From NCBI GenBank assembly GCA_000002435.2, contig CM018793.1: a stretch of DNA of 64,000 bases. One strand, given 5' to 3'. Numbering within the stretch: position 1 is the first letter of the stretch; each line of letters opens with the position of its first letter. The DNA comes from Giardia intestinalis (lineage: Eukaryota). The notes under the pieces were generated by a model. It ran no database searches, was not told where the DNA came from, and saw only the letters and a list, made by a program, of their open reading frames with translations. Both the position numbers and the translations under genes were made by a program. This document shows positions 1 to 7,552 of this stretch, in pieces.

Positions 1-501
1 GTCAAACAACAACTTGGGGTCTATGTAGTTGGTTATGAGACAATCGTCGTTTAGATAAACATAAAATTCTGACAACCCAGGTATACGGTGCAGGAAGCTT
101 TCGATGGCGAGCGAATTTCTCGAAATGTGGTCTGAGGGGGGAATGATGGTTTTGTGATAAACATATTCGATGGGCACCTTCCACTCTGAGGACTTCAACC
201 AGGAAATTCTCTCGCCGTTAGTGACAATGAAGACTCGTCTTATGTAAGGCATGTACCGTTCTACACCCCGCAGGGAATAGTAGAGTTCATCCATATTCCT
301 GAAACGGTGAATGCCCTCCGCATTCAGGGTGTCCAGTTTTTGGATCGGTGCGTGATGGCCTGCAGATCCATTTACCCATGTGTACACGAGATCAATGTTG
401 CTGCATCTGGGAAGATTGTCCCCAATTGTAATTTCATGGAATGAATGCCTGCTTCCTACGGCCACAGAAAGAATTCCGAAGAACACCCAAGCAGGGCACA
501 T
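1..501 (-). CDS. Stealth-family (GNPTAB-like) hexose-1-phosphotransferase, N-terminal 167 aa; the gene continues past the left edge
   Basis: The minus-strand frame is open from the ATG at 501..499 (preceded by an in-frame stop at 502-504) to position 1 with no stop. It is absent from the ORF track because it is incomplete. The translation starts MCPAWVFFGILSVAVG, a hydrophobic signal- or anchor-like N-terminus. It then contains IDLVYTWVNGS, matching the Stealth CR1 signature DVVYTWVNGSD. It also contains FRNMDELYYSLRGVERYMPYIRRVFIVTNGERISWL, matching the CR2 signature ELRYSLRS...IFIVTNGQxPxWL. Confidence 0.7.
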   Translation of the reverse strand, partial: MCPAWVFFGILSVAVGSRHSFHEITIGDNLPRCSNIDLVYTWVNGSAGHHAPIQKLDTLNAEGIHRFRNMDELYYSLRGVERYMPYIRRVFIVTNGERISWLKSSEWKVPIEYVYHKTIIPPSDHISRNSLAIESFLHRIPGLSEFYVYLNDDCLITNYIDPKLLFD

Positions 502-645
502 TTATTTAGTGCTCAAGTAAGCCGTAAACTCTTTCGTCTTTAATAGCTATCTACGGACAGCAGTGCAAAGTCCTTACGAAATTATTTACTAGCCAGGAGT
601 TTCCCTGCATGTACCCTGAGCAGGGAACGCCCCAAAGAAAATAAA

Positions 646-1395
646 ATGACAGCCCTCATAATCTTCTGTGGGTCCTTCAATCCAGTAACAAAAGCCCATA
701 TATCTATTATAGACAAAGCAATAGATTTTATCAACAATCTCACCTGCGACGATGGAACTTTGCTAGAAGCAGGGACCTACCGGGTCCTGATTTCACCGGT
801 TCACGACAGCTACCCTTGGAAGAAGCTTGCTCCCGCCAAGAACCGCATCCGGATGTTGGAGCTTGCCATTGAAGATAGCAGGTATCAAGACCTCATCGAG
901 ATCAATACCTACGAGGCTTTAATCCAGCAGAGCTTTACGCCCACATATGATGTCTTGTGCCATCTGAAGGAGGGATATCCGGACAAGAACATGTACTTTC
1001 TGTGTGGAGCTGACTTAGTGGAGTCTATGACCAATACAGCGGTATGGCCGGCGTCCAGCATAGAGAAGATCTTTCACATCTGCAAGCTTCTTGTAGCGCC
1101 GCGGAACCTCGGAACAGGGTCAATAGAGACCTGTGAGCTTTTCAGAAAGATCCTCGAGCACCCTTTGTTACACCATGCAAAGGAGAATGGGCAGCTATTC
1201 TTCCTACCAGACGTTTCTCTGGATTGCAGCAGCTCCGATGTAAGAGCATATTGTGCTGACAGCTCATCGACATTCAGCGGCTTTGGATTGCCTGACGAAA
1301 CAGACGTTGCCATGAAGAAGCTCGCACGATACGTGCCTTTCAGTATCATGGCCTACATAAAGAAGCACCATCTGTATGAAGCCCACTACAGCTAA
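646..1395 (+). CDS. NMNAT: nicotinamide/nicotinate mononucleotide adenylyltransferase (NMNAT)
   Basis: ATG at 646 is preceded by the A-rich stretch aaagaaaataaa. The protein carries GSFNPVTKAH (nucleotidyltransferase GxFxPxT/HxxH motif), ISPVHDSY, LCGADLVES, SSSDVRAY (SxT/SxxR-like) and a C-terminal YIKKHHLY. These are collinear with human NMNAT1 motifs. Confidence 0.85.
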   Translation: MTALIIFCGSFNPVTKAHISIIDKAIDFINNLTCDDGTLLEAGTYRVLISPVHDSYPWKKLAPAKNRIRMLELAIEDSRYQDLIEINTYEALIQQSFTPTYDVLCHLKEGYPDKNMYFLCGADLVESMTNTAVWPASSIEKIFHICKLLVAPRNLGTGSIETCELFRKILEHPLLHHAKENGQLFFLPDVSLDCSSSDVRAYCADSSSTFSGFGLPDETDVAMKKLARYVPFSIMAYIKKHHLYEAHYS

Positions 1396-1420
1396 TACGT
1401 TTACATAAAACGATAGTGCA

Positions 1421-3325
1421 CTAAGTGATAATATCAGAATTACTTAAACTATCCTGTGTATCAAAGAATGAGATGGAAGGATTGGATTCGCTGCTACTCT
1501 GAGTTCTGTCCACGGAGCGTCTGTGTGCAGAGACAGTCTTGACTGGTGGCTTAATGCAGAAGCTTATTAATGCAACCATAATTAGCGTAATATATATTGC
1601 GAAGGATATTGTCCCCATCATCATCATAAAGTCTTTGTCTGCTTGATGGAGATCGTGGGTCAGAATATAAGGAGAGACGACATCCAAATTCGGCATGTAC
1701 ATCTCGACGTACTTGAGAAGAACGTCGATTGCATTAACCTCTTGTCCATTCTGATCATAGTAGGGAGAAACAGAGTATGGACCGGATCCCTCTTCATAGC
1801 AAGCTCCTCCTTCCTGTAACAGAGCAAGAAAGCTCTCTGCGCTTTTTATGGTCGTTAGCAAGTCGTAGCACTTATTTGGGTTTAAGGTAAAAGGGTCCAA
1901 AGTTGTCTGGTAATTGATAAGGTGGGGGTCCTCCCAATCAAATAGACCTTCTGGAAGGGGATACATGGTTTCTGCAAGCCCATTCTTCACTGAAAAGAGA
2001 CACGCAATCAGGTTGGCTGTTAGCCCACGAATCGTCGACATGGTTTGCCAAGAGGGCTGGATTGCAATGCAATCATCTCTAGTGACGTTCCCAGGAAAAA
2101 AATCATACCTGGCCGTCCCAGAAGAAATCGTTGGAAAAGGGAGGCACGGAGTAGACCTTGTAGGATAGAACACCGCAGGAATTGCTCCATTGAGCCACAG
2201 GTTAAAGATAGAATCTTGATCTGTAGCGTTCTTGAACATGCTGTAGTAGTGCTTGTTATAGCCAATAAAGGCTGTCAGGTTTAGATCTGCCACCCACCCG
2301 GCAATCTTATTCGAGAGGATGGCCCCGTTCTCAGTCATGAACGTTTCCGTAGTAAGGTTGAATCTCTTTGCCAAACTCTCGGACGTAAAGTTGTAGGGTA
2401 AAGAGTAGTCTACGGAGGAAAACTGGTATCCTGTATACGTATTCCCTTCATGGCTATAAGTCATGGGCTTGAACTCATAGGTAACGTGCTGCATAAAGCG
2501 CAGATAACACCCACCCTCGACAATGTAGCACTGCTTGTCCTGACCGTCCATGCAATACGTGTTCTTAATTTGGTGGTAGTGACCGGCAATAATTATTATC
2601 GGAATGGTATAATTGATTTGGTTATAAAACGCACGCAGTTCTGTAACTATTTCGGATATCTCCAGGTCATATGTCGGTATATGACATGCGAGGACTAGCA
2701 GATCCGTTTGGTACTTATACTTCTCAAGGACACCGGTGATCTCCTGGGATGCAATGGCCTCCCTCGCAGGGATAGTGTAGACCCCGTCATATGGGCTGGT
2801 GTGGAATAGAAAGCCAAGCATGAGAACCCGGAGTCCAGTAGGAAGAACGAGATACTTATATCTTCCGCTTCCGACTGGCACGTTCGTATCGCGCATAAAA
2901 ACATTGGTGGTTATATATCTGTCACCGAAGAGGGCTTCAACCTTGCTGTGTATGTAATCTGTTGTCTCCTTATAGTATGATTCGTGGTTCCCTATCGTCT
3001 GTAGGTCGAAGCCAATATAGGATGCCGCCTCCAGTATCTTTTCTCCCTTAACTTTTGTGAGATCACTAAGCCCTGTTCCCTCTACCAGATCCCCCGCATC
3101 TACTGCTAACACAGATCGACCTTCGGACTCCAAAGCTTTTTGTCTTGTGCGCTCTATGTAAGAAAGAAGCGTGCCATAATCTCCATATTCTGGTAGATGT
3201 CTGTGGCCGTAAATCCAGCCGTGAGTGTCTGACACAGAGATAACGTCGAGGACAATTTTTGACTCTGTACTAAGATACGCTGATCTGATGAGTAATAACA
3301 GCGTGTGCAGTAGTGCCAATATCAT
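1421..3325 (-). CDS. 5'-nucleotidase / calcineurin-like metallophosphoesterase with N-terminal signal peptide and C-terminal transmembrane anchor
   Basis: The ORF-track start at 3385 is GTG (plus strand cac), so I moved the start to the first ATG at 3325, giving MILALLHTLLLLIRSAYLS, which is signal-peptide-like. Metallophosphatase motifs appear in order: SVSDTHG (DxH), AVDAGDLVEG (GDxxD/E), GNHE, and later AGHYH. The C-terminus has a hydrophobic span (FAIYITLIMVALISFCI) followed by a basic tail. Confidence 0.75.
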   Translation of the reverse strand: MILALLHTLLLLIRSAYLSTESKIVLDVISVSDTHGWIYGHRHLPEYGDYGTLLSYIERTRQKALESEGRSVLAVDAGDLVEGTGLSDLTKVKGEKILEAASYIGFDLQTIGNHESYYKETTDYIHSKVEALFGDRYITTNVFMRDTNVPVGSGRYKYLVLPTGLRVLMLGFLFHTSPYDGVYTIPAREAIASQEITGVLEKYKYQTDLLVLACHIPTYDLEISEIVTELRAFYNQINYTIPIIIIAGHYHQIKNTYCMDGQDKQCYIVEGGCYLRFMQHVTYEFKPMTYSHEGNTYTGYQFSSVDYSLPYNFTSESLAKRFNLTTETFMTENGAILSNKIAGWVADLNLTAFIGYNKHYYSMFKNATDQDSIFNLWLNGAIPAVFYPTRSTPCLPFPTISSGTARYDFFPGNVTRDDCIAIQPSWQTMSTIRGLTANLIACLFSVKNGLAETMYPLPEGLFDWEDPHLINYQTTLDPFTLNPNKCYDLLTTIKSAESFLALLQEGGACYEEGSGPYSVSPYYDQNGQEVNAIDVLLKYVEMYMPNLDVVSPYILTHDLHQADKDFMMMMGTISFAIYITLIMVALISFCIKPPVKTVSAHRRSVDRTQSSSESNPSISFFDTQDSLSNSDIIT

Positions 3326-3537
3326 TGTGGAAAGATTATTAATTTTAAGCAGTTCCTGGTCAATTTTCGGCAAGCCCGTACCCACAGGCTCCTGACAGTA
3401 ACTGGGTAACTATCCAGGCCAAAGAAGGGGCCATTCCTGTTATTTTAAAACTAAGATAATTATTTTGTAATGTTCAGTTACGTTCATCGTATGTTATTAT
3501 AAGTCTGCCTTAAGGACTAACTATCGCGCTGCTTGAG

Positions 3538-3590
3538 TCTACAGATTTACAAGCGAGAGAAAGGACGGTAACAGCTATTAAATCTGTAGA
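3538..3590. repeat. perfect 12-bp inverted repeat (tctacagattta ... taaatctgtaga) with a 29-nt loop in a 431-bp divergent intergenic region
   Basis: The left arm is at 3538-3549 and the right arm at 3579-3590. The two arms are exact reverse complements. Confidence 0.8.
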
Positions 3591-3756
3591 GTTGTCAATG
3601 TGTTCGTTGACAGGGTGGAGCCAACTCAGAGCGCGCAATCTCCTCTGTGTAGTCATACCCGTTTTAGAGCAATGGGTACTCGACGCATCTCTTCTGTTAG
3701 TATTGCCATTGTAATTGAAATGGCAACGAATCTTCTTGAACTAGCATTGCAGATAG

Positions 3757-6666
3757 ATGTCGTCCCAGGATAGCTCTACAGATTGCTCCACAGACGAAGT
3801 TGATGGACCATATGTATCGACAATCCAGTTCGCCATTCAGGACATGGCGCACAGATATGCGCCGAAATTTACCAAAGTCCACACACTGGACACGCCCATC
3901 CCCACAAGTCAGATCCACGTTCACGAGCTTCTGAGTGGGAATATTTACATGCCAATACAGAACCTTCCTCCTCCTTGCGACGATCCCACCTCCCCATGGT
4001 TTTACATCAACGACTGCAGGCCGCAATATCCGAGCCAACCGTACTACTCTGTTGTTCCTCAGCTCATTATCAGAGGAACTCCATACTATCCCCTCAACAG
4101 CCTAACCCCCAACAAGCACCACGTCCGCAATTCTGCCAGAGATCTTGCCGAGTTCTACATGGACAAGGAGGATGTTTATGGAATTGCCACTGCACTTCTT
4201 GCCAAGCTTTACATGAGCGCGATTTCCCAGGCCCGCGCTGTCCGGGACACAATCCATGCAACGACAGCTGAGATTCGCGCATCCAAGATCCACCTTGCGG
4301 CTCCAACCGACTTTGGTTTTCCAGCGTCAGAATCGGACTGTTTTTCTTCTCAATGTCACGAGCTAACAAAGCAGTTGCAAACTAGGTTCGTCGGTCTTAA
4401 GCCATACGCTGATTTGTCAATTGCTCAGGGCATCAAGGATCCTCTGTACCTACTCGACTGGGACGAATATAACGAGTTCACGGTGGGAGGCGGGATTTTT
4501 GACAGCTACCTTCTTAATGATTATAAAGCCATAGACTTCTCCACAGCATGTGGCCTCCTTAGTGCGGTGTACAACGATATGTTTGACCCTCCCATGGAGA
4601 TCCCGCACATATGCGAAAATTCTACTGGGGTCTTCTACAGGCAATCAAACGGGTTTTCCATTGACTGTCTTGCAACCCTTCCGCACGCAGAATATATTAT
4701 TGTACGACCCATTGGAGATCATGGTGGTGAGTCACTCTCCAATCCACTCCTTATTAAGCCTACAGGAAGGTGGTGCACAACATACGAGTTGCTTATGGCG
4801 TTCGCTGAGTCCTTAATGTTGAGGGATTCTGGCTTCCAGGACGATTTCACGCACAGGGCTAAGCAAAAGTTCGAATCTGTTAAGGAAAAATTTGAGCAGA
4901 GAAGCGTAGGTGACTCCTCCGGGCGATGCACAGTTTGCGGGAACATCGACTTTGACAGTTATGCTGAGCACGTGGCCTCTACACAGCATTTGAAAAACTA
5001 CCGCAAAGAGCTCAACAAACTATTCAGGCCGACACTCTTGGAGACGGAAGCAGAAAAGGGGCTGATCAAGCTGGACGACTCAAATGGACATTTCCTGGCT
5101 CACAGATCTCCCACTTGTTTAGAGTACATTAAGCATGTCAGCAAACACATGGAGCTGAAGAATACAGCGCTTGCCCAACTGTCCTATCTCGCTAACTGCA
5201 TTGCAACACGTGAGAACGTAGATTACACCCTTGCATGTGCTGCAGTAACACGCTCCTGTTATTCGATGGGACTTCCACTCATGCTCGATGCCGGCGACAA
5301 ACCCGTGCGTGCCTCAAGCCCGACTCTGAAGGAAAACAGATCTGTTCGAGCATGGTTGGCAGATGTGCGGCGCGCTCGAGCAGATGAGTTCAATGAGGTC
5401 GATGCCAGAAACAGCAATGCAGAGTCTGAGGAGAGGTGCGCCATAGAAGCACAGATCCTTTATGCACTAGCCGCAATGTTCGAGCAAGTGGGCTGCGAGC
5501 CTCTTTCCCTTCTGAATGCAGACTTTCCTAACATATTGGCGAACGAAAACAGACCCAACAGGCGCCACGTAATAGAGATTTTCATCTCTGGAGATGACGT
5601 GCGCAGTGCATACAGCTCAGCACATCCCTCGCAGCGTATGGGGTTCTGTAACTTTGTTTCTATCTTCGCTCCGCATCTTTGTGAAGTAAGCTCAAGCCAA
5701 AGCAGTTCTGGTCTCAGTACAATCGTCTCAAAAGGCCAAGATAGACTATACTTATCCCAGAGCGATATAACAGCTTTGGTCTCGGAACTCAAGGACTATG
5801 AAGTGGGGAATTACGCACCTGGTGGCGTTATGTCCCGGATAGCCAGATTCACACGTTTGGCCCTGGAAGCCGATCCTCTCTTTACCACAGAGCTGGTTAC
5901 TAGGCAAGATACAGCGGTGTCACAAGCAGAAGATTCCACCAAGGATGGTTCCAGTGCTACAAGTACACCATTTGATCCTCCGGAGATAACACTGCCTAAT
6001 ATGCGGAGAAGTATATCCGTAGGAGGAGATGAATTACAGCAGGACTTAAGCTTCGACAGATTTACCGAAGATCTCAATGGAGATACGTCAGCTCTATCTA
6101 CTGACCTGCAAGATTATCCCATTGATATTTATCAAAGTCTCCTCACGGAAGTAGATAGATATCTTGAGCCAGACGACAGTGAGCCCTTGCAGCTCAGCAA
6201 TCTTCAGTCAGTCTCATTTGGAGGATTCAACGAAGCGTACAGTGAAGAGTGCTCCTATCGAGATGACTTGATATTTTCCAACAGCTTTGATACAGGATCA
6301 GGCATAGCGAGAGATTGTTACAGTATGCAAATGTTACAGGCTGACATAAATAGGCGTGATTATATAGACAAGGCTCTGGCCGGAGACTTTGCCTCCCAGG
6401 TCTCTGCTATCTACTCTGCCGTCATTCCATCACACATAGGCCCCAGGTCATACCTTCATGCGTGCAGCGACCTCCATACACAAGTGCTGGATTCATTAAC
6501 AGCCTATAACGGGGTTTCCTCGGTGGATACGGCGGACGCCGTGGCTATAGCACTCAATGCAACGCGGATTGTGCGCCAGGATGTATATGACATTGCATCA
6601 ACACGGTCTGTGACATATTTACCGGGAAGCAGAACAGTCCTGCGAAAAACAGCCTTCGGAAATTAA
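3757..6666 (+). CDS. hypothetical protein, 969 aa, with one C2H2 (U1/matrin-like) zinc-finger-like motif
   Basis: The start is ATG and the ORF is long and uninterrupted. CTVCGNIDFDSYAEHVASTQH (Cx2Cx10Hx5H) lies at about 4927-4989. I recognise no other domain. Confidence 0.7.
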   Translation: MSSQDSSTDCSTDEVDGPYVSTIQFAIQDMAHRYAPKFTKVHTLDTPIPTSQIHVHELLSGNIYMPIQNLPPPCDDPTSPWFYINDCRPQYPSQPYYSVVPQLIIRGTPYYPLNSLTPNKHHVRNSARDLAEFYMDKEDVYGIATALLAKLYMSAISQARAVRDTIHATTAEIRASKIHLAAPTDFGFPASESDCFSSQCHELTKQLQTRFVGLKPYADLSIAQGIKDPLYLLDWDEYNEFTVGGGIFDSYLLNDYKAIDFSTACGLLSAVYNDMFDPPMEIPHICENSTGVFYRQSNGFSIDCLATLPHAEYIIVRPIGDHGGESLSNPLLIKPTGRWCTTYELLMAFAESLMLRDSGFQDDFTHRAKQKFESVKEKFEQRSVGDSSGRCTVCGNIDFDSYAEHVASTQHLKNYRKELNKLFRPTLLETEAEKGLIKLDDSNGHFLAHRSPTCLEYIKHVSKHMELKNTALAQLSYLANCIATRENVDYTLACAAVTRSCYSMGLPLMLDAGDKPVRASSPTLKENRSVRAWLADVRRARADEFNEVDARNSNAESEERCAIEAQILYALAAMFEQVGCEPLSLLNADFPNILANENRPNRRHVIEIFISGDDVRSAYSSAHPSQRMGFCNFVSIFAPHLCEVSSSQSSSGLSTIVSKGQDRLYLSQSDITALVSELKDYEVGNYAPGGVMSRIARFTRLALEADPLFTTELVTRQDTAVSQAEDSTKDGSSATSTPFDPPEITLPNMRRSISVGGDELQQDLSFDRFTEDLNGDTSALSTDLQDYPIDIYQSLLTEVDRYLEPDDSEPLQLSNLQSVSFGGFNEAYSEECSYRDDLIFSNSFDTGSGIARDCYSMQMLQADINRRDYIDKALAGDFASQVSAIYSAVIPSHIGPRSYLHACSDLHTQVLDSLTAYNGVSSVDTADAVAIALNATRIVRQDVYDIASTRSVTYLPGSRTVLRKTAFGN

Positions 6667-6679
6667 GAGCAAGGTGACC

Positions 6680-7543
6680 TTACAGGCATCGACAGCATCC
6701 CTTCTTTGGACTTGGGGTTTTGCCCTTCTTGGACGCCTCTTCGTCCGAGTCTTCTGTACTATGCTCACTGTCTACCAACTTTTTCTCTTCTTTTTCCTCG
6801 CTACTGGGGGTACTCTCCTCTTCATCAGGGTTTCCTTTATTAGCGACGTCCTGATTGCCGGTGTCTCGTCCATTGGCATCCTCAACGTCTTTGAGAGCTT
6901 TCTGTTTTTCAGTCTCCTTCTTCACACAGTCGTTGCTCGTATCTAGAAGGGGGCGTTGCACAGGCTGCTCCTCGAAAACGAGACACACATCTTCAGAGGC
7001 AACAGATGGCACGCGAGAGACGTACCCTGGCGACAGCGTACAATCTCGTATCCCAATAACAAATTCCTCGGTCAGTTCACCGAGCCTCTCATTCAGCTCT
7101 TTCTTAGTAATGGCGTCTGAGTCGTGCTGCTCCTTGAGCCTCTTCACCCTGTTCTCAAACGATTTGTCTGGGTGAAGCATTAGAAGGATGAAGCAGGCAT
7201 CGTAGTAGTACAGCTTTAGCGCGATCTCTACTGGGTACTTGTTCGAAACGTCGGGTATCTTGTACTCACGCGCAGCAAGTATCTCCACAGACGCCAGCTT
7301 ATGTGCATAGATTGCGCGAATCAAGCCACTGCAGCCGGTCTCGGTTGTCGAGCCACCCAATAGATCAAGATTCTCCTCCAGATATTCGGTATTACCAGCT
7401 GTGGCAGCATCGAACCAGCCGTCCATCACTTCCTGGTCCTCCATAATTACGTTTGTAACGACTTTTTTGTACCCCTGTCTTGGATTCATGTGTCGTGCAT
7501 AATTATTTAAACAAGTGGAAACAGTACGGAAACACATGAACAT
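6680..7543 (-). CDS. ankyrin-repeat protein with acidic, Lys-rich tail and C-terminal CaaX-like box (CRCL)
   Basis: The start at 7543 is ATG. An alternative start is MNPRQG at 7489. Ankyrin-like repeats include GWFDAATAGNTEYLEENLDLL and TGCSGLIRAIYAHKLASVEILAA. The protein ends KKGKTPSPKKGCCRCL immediately before the stop. Confidence 0.6.
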   Translation of the reverse strand: MFMCFRTVSTCLNNYARHMNPRQGYKKVVTNVIMEDQEVMDGWFDAATAGNTEYLEENLDLLGGSTTETGCSGLIRAIYAHKLASVEILAAREYKIPDVSNKYPVEIALKLYYYDACFILLMLHPDKSFENRVKRLKEQHDSDAITKKELNERLGELTEEFVIGIRDCTLSPGYVSRVPSVASEDVCLVFEEQPVQRPLLDTSNDCVKKETEKQKALKDVEDANGRDTGNQDVANKGNPDEEESTPSSEEKEEKKLVDSEHSTEDSDEEASKKGKTPSPKKGCCRCL

Positions 7544-7552
7544 GAAAATACA
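7544..7552. promoter_or_regulatory. 9-bp A/T-rich spacer (gaaaataca) between head-to-head start codons of two divergent genes
   Basis: The minus-strand gene starts with cat at 7541-7543 and the plus-strand gene with atg at 7553-7555. The local sequence is catGAAAATACAatg. Confidence 0.5.

Noticed and set aside
2-184. 60-aa complete minus-strand ORF at the left edge
   Set aside because: It is out of frame with, and wholly inside, the well-supported Stealth-like edge ORF (frame ending at position 1). It is a short arbitrary peptide.
4862-4876. tRNA T-loop-like string GTTCGAATC
   Set aside because: It lies inside a long CDS with no acceptor-stem or anticodon-arm complementarity around it. It is not a tRNA.
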